From assembly GCA_037444505.1 (NCBI GenBank), contig JBBIMH010000016.1, forward strand, positions 22,015 through 86,014: DNA of 64,000 bases, given 5' to 3'. Under the pieces are notes generated by a model that was not told the origin of the DNA, ran no database searches, and was given only the letters and a program-made list of their open reading frames with translations. Below are positions 52,272 to 59,410 of the stretch, piece after piece (the stretch's first letter is position 1; every line of letters begins with the position of its first letter). Source of the stretch: Nitrospirota bacterium. Its GTDB lineage: Bacteria > Nitrospirota > UBA9217. Position numbers and translations under genes: made by a program.

Positions 52272-53135
52272 TGATCGGAGCGTCTTGCGATACAGCATGC
52301 TTGTGAGAGGTATGGTCCCTGCCGTGAGAAGGACTCCGGCGATTACATCGATCACATAATGATATCTTAGATATACCGTAGAAATTATCAGCAGCGACAC
52401 CGTGGGAACGAGCAGTATGGTGAGCGTCTTTTCATTGAACTTCCAGGCATAGTAGAGGGTCATGAGCGCAATCGCCGTATGGCCGCTCGGGAATGCGTCC
52501 GTCTTCGTATTCTCGAGGGCGTTGAGGGTATCCTGTATGGCGAGGACGAAAGCCCCTGCGTCCAGCCCCCTTGTCTGGGCGTGGGCGAGTGCGAATCTCG
52601 GGCCGAGTGCAGGGACGAGGATATATCCTATATAAGAAAGGTAGAAGCAGAGGATTATTCCGAAGACGGCCTCATCGAACTCCTTCATCCTGCCCTTGGA
52701 GACGAGCACGATGCCGAGCACTATCGCCATGGGATAGTATGTAATGTAGGCGATTTGGAGAATAACGGTCACGACTGGATGTACGAACCGCTCGAGCCAG
52801 ACCGTAGGATGAACCCCGAATATGGCATGGTCTATCTTGATGAGGATATCATCCATGAGATGCGGCCGTATCCAGGGGATGAGGTCTCCAAGACTGTCGA
52901 ATACCACGGGCACTATGAGGACAGGCAGGAAGATATGCAGGTAACCAGCGGGCCTCCAGGTATGTGAAGTGCCTACATACCATGCGGTCGCCGAGAGAGT
53001 GATAATAAGCAAGACGTATCTCAACAGGAGCCAGTGCCAATGAGGTATATTCAAATGGAATACAGCTGTCAGGCTTGCGAGCAGCCCTATGAAAACGATC
53101 GAGACTATGTCAACCGGCTTGATATTCGGCTGCAT
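52257..53135 (-). CDS. PAP2-superfamily membrane protein of the Aur1/IPC-synthase/sphingomyelin-synthase type
   Basis: Polytopic protein. It has the C2 and C3 motifs DAFPSGHTA and YLRYHYVIDVIAG, but I see no canonical KxxxxxxRP C1 motif. Confidence 0.65.
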   Translation of the reverse strand: MQPNIKPVDIVSIVFIGLLASLTAVFHLNIPHWHWLLLRYVLLIITLSATAWYVGTSHTWRPAGYLHIFLPVLIVPVVFDSLGDLIPWIRPHLMDDILIKIDHAIFGVHPTVWLERFVHPVVTVILQIAYITYYPMAIVLGIVLVSKGRMKEFDEAVFGIILCFYLSYIGYILVPALGPRFALAHAQTRGLDAGAFVLAIQDTLNALENTKTDAFPSGHTAIALMTLYYAWKFNEKTLTILLVPTVSLLIISTVYLRYHYVIDVIAGVLLTAGTIPLTSMLYRKTLRSSKRS

Positions 53136-53254
53136 GGTCCATGTTTATACAATATAGTCTCGCAAATTGCAAGCCCTATGAGCACCGGCGGTGCGGGCTC
53201 GAATCCAACCGTCGTGATGAATAAATACTCTTGGGCCTATTGATCGGAGTAGAG

Positions 53255-53719
53255 ATGCCGGCTACGGAATTTACATTTACGGTGAAGCTTCCCATCAAGG
53301 CGGTCTGGTCGTTTATGTCCGACAGGAACGAGGTAGGCTGCCTCTTTCCGGGCTGCAAGGGCGTGAAGATACTCAATGATCTGGATTCCATCTGGACCGT
53401 GAAGGTATCACTCGGACCTTTCAGCAGGACAGTGGTGATGAAGACCCACACGACGGAGTTCAAGGAATTCGAGAGGCTTTCCTGGACGGCGACCGGAGAC
53501 CACATTACGTCCGCAGGGGATGTGAGACTCGAGAGGATTTCCGACTCCGAGACAAAAGTGACATACAAAATAGAGGGCCATGTGCACGGGCCGTTTGCAG
53601 CGATTCAGGATATAGTTGTCGCTGAAAAACTCAGGGAGCTGGCGAAGAAGTTCATCCATAACATCAAAGAGCAGCTCGAATGGCAGATAGAGCCTTATAA
53701 CCAAGAGAAGAAGATATGA
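53255..53719 (+). CDS. SRPBCC-fold (CoxG-like) ligand-binding protein
   Basis: About 155 aa. Its pattern (F.F.V.LPI..VWSFMSD...V..C.PG...) is typical of CoxG/polyketide-cyclase-fold proteins. ATG at 53255. Overlaps the next gene by 4 nt. Confidence 0.65.
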   Translation: MPATEFTFTVKLPIKAVWSFMSDRNEVGCLFPGCKGVKILNDLDSIWTVKVSLGPFSRTVVMKTHTTEFKEFERLSWTATGDHITSAGDVRLERISDSETKVTYKIEGHVHGPFAAIQDIVVAEKLRELAKKFIHNIKEQLEWQIEPYNQEKKI

Positions 53720-54804
53720 AACCGTCAGTGAAAAAAGGCGCGGTCTGGGTCGCGATAGCAGCGGTCTTGGTCTTCATGTTCATCCTGCTCGTCTCGACCG
53801 GAAAACCTGTAACGGTCAAGGCCATGCAGGTAAAGGCGGGCGAGCTCAGGGTGGTCATAAACGCAACGACCACCTCAACAGTCAAGTCCGAGTACGAGGC
53901 CACGCTCTCCGCCCAGAGGACAGGCAGGGTGGTGAGGCTGCCTGTGAGGGAAGGGGACTTTGTCAAGGCCGGGGAGGTGCTCGCTGAGCTGGATCTCACC
54001 GAGGAAGAAGTGCGTGCGCAGAACAATCTCTCACAGGCCAGGGCCACCTTCATAGAAACTGAGAAAAACCTCAAGCGCCTGGAGGGCCTGTTTGAGAGGG
54101 GCATTGTCGCCCAGCAGGACCTCGATGCGGGTCGTCGGGCATACGAAGTCGCAAAGGCCCAGTACGAGGCTGCGTCGAAAGAGGTCAAGGTCCTCGGAGA
54201 CTATACCATAATACGGGCGCCTTTCTCCGGCGTCGTTGCCAAGAAGCGCACAGAGGTGGGCGAGCTCGTCATACCTGGCAGAGAGATAGTTACAATCGTG
54301 GATCCGGACCGCATCTATGTCCTCGCTACGATCGATGAGGTGGATGTGGGCAGATTGAGGCTCGGCCAACCCGTGACCATCACGGTCGATGCATTTCCTG
54401 GAGAGACTTTCTCCGGCAAGGTGAGGAGGATATCTCCCATCGTAAGCGGCGGAAAACTCGAGACGCGCACAGCGGATGTCTGGATATACTTCGATAAGAA
54501 GGACAGGAGGATAAAGCCCGGCATGTCCGCCGACATAGAGATACTCGTGGATACGCTCCCCTCAGTCCTGTTCGTGCCTACGCAGGCCGTCATAGTCCGC
54601 GAAGGCAAGAAACAGGTATACGTAGCAGAAGGCCGCTCCCTCGGCCCGGGTTCTAGGACCAAGGCGAGGTTGAGAGCAATCGAAGAGGGAGAGAGCAACT
54701 GGAGTTTCACAGAGGTGAAGTCCGGACTGGCGGAAGGGGAATATGTGATCACTACACCGGATGCCGAGGGGCTGAAAGACGGGGCAAAGATAAAGATAGA
54801 GTGA
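53716..54804 (+). CDS. HlyD/MacA-type periplasmic adaptor (membrane fusion protein)
   Basis: N-terminal TM helix, lipoyl-like halves (V.AGE...V.EGDFVKAGEVLAELD / IRAPFSGVV), a coiled-coil hairpin and a beta-barrel region. Confidence 0.87.
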   Translation: MKPSVKKGAVWVAIAAVLVFMFILLVSTGKPVTVKAMQVKAGELRVVINATTTSTVKSEYEATLSAQRTGRVVRLPVREGDFVKAGEVLAELDLTEEEVRAQNNLSQARATFIETEKNLKRLEGLFERGIVAQQDLDAGRRAYEVAKAQYEAASKEVKVLGDYTIIRAPFSGVVAKKRTEVGELVIPGREIVTIVDPDRIYVLATIDEVDVGRLRLGQPVTITVDAFPGETFSGKVRRISPIVSGGKLETRTADVWIYFDKKDRRIKPGMSADIEILVDTLPSVLFVPTQAVIVREGKKQVYVAEGRSLGPGSRTKARLRAIEEGESNWSFTEVKSGLAEGEYVITTPDAEGLKDGAKIKIE

Positions 54805-54814
54805 TGCGCATATC

Positions 54815-55489
54815 ATGATCGAGCTGAACGGCATAACGAAGATTTATAGAATGGGGGATGTGGAGATATGCGCCCTCTGCAACATATCCCTCGGAATAGA
54901 GAGGGGGGAGTTCATTGCAGTGATGGGGCCGTCCGGCTCGGGCAAGTCAACCCTCATGAATCTTCTGGGCTGCCTCGACAGGCCTACATCCGGTATATAT
55001 AGATTCGAAGGCAGGGAGATAAGCTCGATGAGCGATGACGAGCTTGCCTTTATCAGAAATACGAAGATAGGGTTTGTCTTTCAGTCGTTCAACCTCCTCC
55101 CAAGGTTTTCTGCCCTCAAAAATGTGGAGGTGCCGCTTATATACAACGGCGTTCCTTCGCACAAACGTGCGGAACGCGCAGCAGATCTCCTTGCGCGCGT
55201 CGGCCTCAAAGACAGAATGTATCACAAGCCGAGCGAGCTTTCCGGCGGACAGCAGCAGCGCGTTGCCATCGCTCGCGCCCTCGTGAACAATCCCCCCCTC
55301 CTGCTCGCCGACGAGCCCACTGGCAACCTCGACAGCCGCTCAGGCGCGGAGATACTCGATATCATCTCTGACCTCAATCGGCAGGGTATGACCATAATGA
55401 TAGTGACGCACGACCCCGAGGTCTCAGGTAGGTGCAAACGGGTGATCAATCTCAAAGACGGACACATAATCGGAGACAGGGCAATATGA
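54815..55489 (+). CDS. ABC transporter ATP-binding protein (MacB/LolD family)
   Basis: Walker A GPSGSGKST, Q-loop, signature LSGGQQQRVAIARAL, Walker B LLLADEPTGNLD and H-loop VTHD. Confidence 0.93.
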   Translation: MIELNGITKIYRMGDVEICALCNISLGIERGEFIAVMGPSGSGKSTLMNLLGCLDRPTSGIYRFEGREISSMSDDELAFIRNTKIGFVFQSFNLLPRFSALKNVEVPLIYNGVPSHKRAERAADLLARVGLKDRMYHKPSELSGGQQQRVAIARALVNNPPLLLADEPTGNLDSRSGAEILDIISDLNRQGMTIMIVTHDPEVSGRCKRVINLKDGHIIGDRAI

Positions 55490-56694
55490 ATCTGATCGAG
55501 ACATTCAGGGTAGCGCTCGAGGCGATACTTTCTAATAAAGTCCGCTCTGGTCTCACCATGCTCGGCGTGATAATAGGCGTCCTTGCGGTCATACTCCTTG
55601 TATCCATCGGCGAGGGCGCGAGGGTATATATCACCAAGGAGCTCACAGGCATAGGCACGAACCTGCTCGTGATCACGCCCGGCAAGACCACCACATCCGG
55701 CGGTTTTCACCCGCCTTCCGCAGGGACGGTGAGAAAGCTCACATACGACGACGCCCGCTCACTGAAGCGCAGGGCATGGCTCCTGTCTGATGCGGTGCCC
55801 ATTGTCCTCGGGTCTGGAAGGGTGAAATACGAAAACAGGGCACGTGATACGATGATAATCGGTACCACCCCGGAGTTCGAGAGGGTACGCAACCTCTTCG
55901 TGGAGGTAGGCTCGTTTGTGACGCAGTCCGATGTAGATGCGAAGCAGAAGACCGTCGTGCTCGGAAGACGCGTTAAGGACGAGCTGTTCGGCGCCGAGAG
56001 CGCGCTCGGAAAGATAGTGACCCTATCCGACGCCCGCTACAGAGTGGTCGGCGTTATGAAAAAAAAGGGCGTGAGCCTCGGCTGGGATGTGGATGACGTA
56101 GTCTTCATCCCAGTCACCAGCGGCCAAGAGCTTTTCGATACGGATGCCTTGTTCGAGATTATAGCATCCACTCCTCGGGCAGAGGATACGGAGAAGGCGA
56201 TCGCCCAGATAAAGGAAATCCTGATAAAGAGACATGCGCACAAGGAGGATTTCACCATCATGACGCAGGGCGCGATGATAGAGACCATGAACACGATCCT
56301 GCGCGTACTTACCGCCGTGCTCGGAGGCATCGCCGGCATATCTTTGCTCGTCGGCGGCATCGGCATCATGAACATCATGCTCGTGTCCGTGCGCGAGAGG
56401 ATCCGCGAGATCGGCATCAGGAAGGCCTTGGGCGCGAGGAACAAGGATATTCTCTGGCAGTTCATAATAGAGGCGATGACGCTCTCAGTCGTCGGTGGCA
56501 TGATAGGCATATTTCTCGGGGTCTGTATCGCCCTTATGATCCCGGTCTTCGTGCCTGTTCTGCCGACGAGCGTCTCGATATGGTCCATAGTACTTGCTGT
56601 TACTTTCTCTGTCGCAGTGGGTATATTCTTCGGAGTATATCCTGCACGGAAGGCCGCCCTTCAGGACCCCATACAGGCGCTCCGGTATGAATGA
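55486..56694 (+). CDS. ABC transporter permease (MacB_PCD plus FtsX domain)
   Basis: ATGA overlap with the ATPase gene. One TM helix, a roughly 220-aa periplasmic domain, then three TM helices with the RERIREIGIRKALGA motif. Confidence 0.9.
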   Translation: MNLIETFRVALEAILSNKVRSGLTMLGVIIGVLAVILLVSIGEGARVYITKELTGIGTNLLVITPGKTTTSGGFHPPSAGTVRKLTYDDARSLKRRAWLLSDAVPIVLGSGRVKYENRARDTMIIGTTPEFERVRNLFVEVGSFVTQSDVDAKQKTVVLGRRVKDELFGAESALGKIVTLSDARYRVVGVMKKKGVSLGWDVDDVVFIPVTSGQELFDTDALFEIIASTPRAEDTEKAIAQIKEILIKRHAHKEDFTIMTQGAMIETMNTILRVLTAVLGGIAGISLLVGGIGIMNIMLVSVRERIREIGIRKALGARNKDILWQFIIEAMTLSVVGGMIGIFLGVCIALMIPVFVPVLPTSVSIWSIVLAVTFSVAVGIFFGVYPARKAALQDPIQALRYE

Positions 56695-56789
56695 GCTTGG
56701 ATCTACTTTTCGGCCTTTGCAGCGTGCCTTAGAAACCGGCGGCAATAGCTGTGAAGGATAGTGCCTGGGGACGATAAATAAACCTCAGA

Positions 56790-56826
56790 CCTCCCCCTAT
56801 CCCGATGAATACGGTATAGGGGGAGG
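56790..56826. terminator. Strong hairpin between convergent genes (possible bidirectional terminator)
   Basis: CCTCCCCCTAT (56790-56800) pairs perfectly with ATAGGGGGAGG (56816-56826), with inner CCG/CGG pairs. It lies between the ends of the permease gene and the minus-strand Tat protein gene. Confidence 0.55.
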
Positions 56827-56861
56827 TGATGATAGCACTTATTACGCTTGCAGTCGAGGCG

Positions 56862-57677
56862 CTACAGCTTTTTTGCGGAAGGGGCCGTCGGAATGTTCTG
56901 GCCGTGGCATTCGTTGCAGTTCTGCTGGCCTGTGATGCCCACGCTCTTGCCCGGCGTCCATGAGGATACCGGCGAGTATTTGCCGTCCTTCCAGGCGTTC
57001 AGGTCCATCACAAGCTTGTGCGCCACGCTAGCGGCCACCCGGGCGCAGCGGTCCTTTCTTTCCGGGCTTAAGAGGGGGAAGCCAGAGGCCTTCATCCACT
57101 TTCCTACAGAGACATGGCAGAGCGGCGAGTTGCTGGTAGTCTTGATGATCTCGGTCTTCTGCTTCGGCTCCTTCGGCGTGAAAGTAGGCAGGGCGGTGTT
57201 GGAATACCATTCGAGCATGTCCGAGCCGATGTTATGTCCGTGCTCGCACTCTGGTCCAGCGATCCTCGGGCCGATGATGACGTTGGCCACTATGTTCGCG
57301 CCTGCGTTGGAGCCGCAGACAGTGCCCCAGCCCACCATGCCGCCTTCGAGGAAGACGAACGCGTCTATGGGGAAACTCTTATAAGGCTCGCCGACCTTCT
57401 CACGGAGCTGGCTGAATATGCTGCTTATCACCGCTGCCCCGCAGAAGACGCGATACCATTCGTTATATGCGATCTCCGCGGTCTTGTCCGGATCGAGTTT
57501 TACATACGGCCACGGCCACTTCTCGGTCTTGCTGCCCTTGGCCTCGGCCTTTGCAACGAGACCTGGCGCTCCTGAAATAAGGGCGGCGAGTCCCGCCGCG
57601 CCTATGCCGCACTTTCCCGCATTGATCAAAAGGCTCCTTCTGGATATATCTTTCTCCAATATTTTATTAAGCTCCAT
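56862..57677 (-). CDS. Tat-signal redox protein, C_GCAxxG_C_C-like / split-Soret-cytochrome-c-like, with a C-terminal CXXCH motif
   Basis: The SRRSLLINAG twin-arginine signal ends AKAEA. Cys motifs are FCGAAV, VCGSNAG, LCH, RCA and the C-terminal CNECH. AGGAGG lies 8 nt upstream of the ATG. Confidence 0.8.
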   Translation of the reverse strand: MELNKILEKDISRRSLLINAGKCGIGAAGLAALISGAPGLVAKAEAKGSKTEKWPWPYVKLDPDKTAEIAYNEWYRVFCGAAVISSIFSQLREKVGEPYKSFPIDAFVFLEGGMVGWGTVCGSNAGANIVANVIIGPRIAGPECEHGHNIGSDMLEWYSNTALPTFTPKEPKQKTEIIKTTSNSPLCHVSVGKWMKASGFPLLSPERKDRCARVAASVAHKLVMDLNAWKDGKYSPVSSWTPGKSVGITGQQNCNECHGQNIPTAPSAKKL

Positions 57678-57744
57678 GCTTCATTCCTCCTGATATGTAT
57701 TGATCAGGCCTGGTCTTATCGGATCTAACAGGCCTGGGCTGTTT

Positions 57745-57892
57745 TATAGAAAAAGACTCCGCTTCAGAAACGGATGCACCGCGACTATAGCCGTTTAGCC
57801 GTTCTGATGCCGTTCCTTATGGGCTGCGAAACCCGCACGGGCGGCATGGACAGGCAGGATCGTTTGTGCGGCGCTTAGTCGCCGAAGCGGAG
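57745..57892 (-). ncRNA. Structured RNA element (candidate cis-regulatory leader/riboswitch or sRNA), class unknown
   Basis: A 9-bp closing helix joins 57757-57765 (CTCCGCTTC) and 57884-57892 (GAAGCGGAG). Nested helices are 57781-85/57878-82 and ATGCCG/CGGCAT, plus a CCGC-ACGG-GCGG hairpin. On the minus strand the 3' arm is followed by UCUUUUUCU. Confidence 0.35.
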
Positions 57893-57902
57893 CCGAGCTG
57901 AT

Positions 57903-57929
57903 GAAGAGGATGCGAAAACGCACCTCTTC
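57903..57929 (-). terminator. 11-bp hairpin (one bulge, UUUU loop) downstream of the small secreted-protein ORF
   Basis: Minus-strand RNA reads GAAGAGGUGCG-UUUU-CGCAUCCUCUUC. There is no clear U-tract, so the terminator role is uncertain. Confidence 0.3.
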
Positions 57930-57968
57930 AGGGGAGGCTTGCTCACGACTTCGGTTCATGACGACTAT

Positions 57969-58247
57969 TCAGATTCGAGGCGGGTCTTCGTCCTGGAATG
58001 CGATTATGAACTGTGTGAAAAGCGGTGTAGGGATCGAGTCCGCTATATATATTCCGAGCGGGACCATATTGCATGGGCACTGCGATATACAAGGGAGGTC
58101 GGGATTTGCACCTGCGACTTTCGAGTGGCATACATCGAGGTTATGAATGCACGCGGCATCTCCGGCAGCCTGGGGAGATGTCATCAAGCCGGGCGATAGC
58201 ATGACGAGACAGAATAGGGCGAGAACCAACAATGCCACCGGTTTCAT
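57969..58247 (-). CDS. Hypothetical small secreted Cys-rich protein (93 aa)
   Basis: An internal ATG (58245-58247) in the 176-aa track ORF gives the signal peptide MKPVALLVLALFCLVMLSPGLMTSPQA. The mature part has 5 Cys. TTGACA-17-TTATGT lies just upstream, suggesting a leaderless mRNA. There is no SD and no recognisable family. Confidence 0.35.
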   Translation of the reverse strand: MKPVALLVLALFCLVMLSPGLMTSPQAAGDAACIHNLDVCHSKVAGANPDLPCISQCPCNMVPLGIYIADSIPTPLFTQFIIAFQDEDPPRI

Positions 58248-58310
58248 ATAGACAACATAATCCAATAAAACGTGATTTGTCAACATAAAATTCTGATTTG
58301 AGGGGCATGA

Positions 58311-58490
58311 ATGGCGGCTCATCAGAGGATGCGGCTTGACAAAAAGATTATAGCACTTGAAAATATAGAGGATTCTATAAAGGGCAGACAAAATGCCTTT
58401 AAGCATGTAAGCGGGAAATGGCTCAAGGTTACTTTTAAACATGAAGGCGACAGAATTATCGTAATCACTGCCATTGATAAAAACAAATAG
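58311..58490 (+). CDS. DUF4258-like small protein (59 aa, putative toxin-type component)
   Basis: Below the 60-aa track cutoff. My translation is MAAHQRMRLDKKIIALENIEDSIKGRQNAFKHVSGKWLKVTFKHEGDRIIVITAIDKNK. GAGGGG lies 5 nt upstream. The H.QRM..R.I and ..IVITA. pattern resembles DUF4258. Confidence 0.5.
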   Translation: MAAHQRMRLDKKIIALENIEDSIKGRQNAFKHVSGKWLKVTFKHEGDRIIVITAIDKNK

Positions 58491-58498
58491 GAGGGGCA

Positions 58499-58585
58499 AT
58501 GAAGATTGAATACGATAAAGAGGTTGACGCGCTTTACATCCTTACCACTGAAAATCTTATATTTCATGAGCAGCCCTTCGCATGA
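58499..58585 (+). pseudogene. Truncated DUF2283-like gene remnant (28 codons)
   Basis: MKIEYDKEVDALYILTTENLIFHEQPFA* has the MKI.YD.E.DALYI start characteristic of DUF2283, but it stops after 28 aa where the family normally runs to about 60-75 aa. AGGAGGGG RBS. Confidence 0.45.
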
Positions 58586-58646
58586 TTATCGCTGCGCCAG
58601 TCAAGTTATATGTTGACTCTTGTGTATAAATGCAGTAATTTTAAAT

Positions 58647-59237
58647 ATGACTGCGGTGATTCTGGCCGGGGGTGAGAGCAGGCGCATGGGGAGGGACAAG
58701 GCCTTTCTTCCCCTGTTCGGCAGGCCTGTAATCGAGTGGATACTCGGGACTTTGAGGCCGCTCTTCAGACGAATCATCATCGTAGCAAACAGGCCTCAGC
58801 TGTACTCGGGCTACGGTGCTGAGGTCATGAGGGATGCGCTCGATATCCGCGGCCCTCTCACCGGCATATACACGGCCCTGTCTGTCTCCGAGGGTGGGTA
58901 TAATTTCGTCTTCGGTTGCGACATGCCTTTTTTGAATCCCGGGCTTATATCCTATATGCAACGACAGGCAGATGGATTCGACGCGGTTGTCCCGATGGTG
59001 AGGGGACTTGCCGAGCCTCTTCATACCATATATCACAAGAGGCTTGCGCATGTCATCAAAGACCGCCTCATGCGGGGCGAGCGGAGGATCCAGTCCATAT
59101 TCGATGCGGCGGATGTCAGATACATCACGGAAGAGGAAATAGACCGGATAGATCCGGAGAAGCGTTCGTTCGTGAATCTCAATACACCTGAGGAATACAA
59201 GGAGGCAACATGTTCGGACTCGGGATGCAGGAACTGA
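58647..59237 (+). CDS. mobA: molybdenum cofactor guanylyltransferase
   Basis: [20 protein letters not shown]-terminal nucleotide-binding motif and the CDMPF block. ATG at 58647. Confidence 0.85.
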   Translation: MTAVILAGGESRRMGRDKAFLPLFGRPVIEWILGTLRPLFRRIIIVANRPQLYSGYGAEVMRDALDIRGPLTGIYTALSVSEGGYNFVFGCDMPFLNPGLISYMQRQADGFDAVVPMVRGLAEPLHTIYHKRLAHVIKDRLMRGERRIQSIFDAADVRYITEEEIDRIDPEKRSFVNLNTPEEYKEATCSDSGCRN

Positions 59238-59395
59238 TAGTCATACTGCTGATAGTGTTGATCATCTTCGGTGCCAGCCGGCTTCCGCAGCTCGGCGAGG
59301 GGCTCGGAAAGGCCATCAAGGGATTCAAGAAAGGCATCTCCGAGGCAGGCGGTGACTCCGAAAAGGACCAGAACAAGAAAGAGCTCAAGGGATAG
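59210..59395 (+). CDS. tatA: Twin-arginine translocase subunit TatA/E
   Basis: 61 aa: [41 protein letters not shown]. Confidence 0.92.
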   Translation: MFGLGMQELIVILLIVLIIFGASRLPQLGEGLGKAIKGFKKGISEAGGDSEKDQNKKELKG

Positions 59396-59410
59396 ATAAT
59401 CAGCTTCGGC

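Noticed and set aside
53185-53215. A tRNA T-arm-like string GGTGCGGGCTCGAATCC, which could mark a tRNA or an att-site remnant.
   Set aside because: The sequence after the loop (AACCG) cannot pair with GCGGG. There are no acceptor or anticodon arms and no flanking integrase, so it is probably chance.
57757-57892. Assigning the structured leader to the Moco, cobalamin, TPP or another named riboswitch class.
   Set aside because: I could not find any of the conserved core sequences I remember for these classes, such as the B12 box, the TPP CUGAGA/ACCUGA, or the Moco GCCUCC...AAAGG arrangement. The class is left open rather than guessed.
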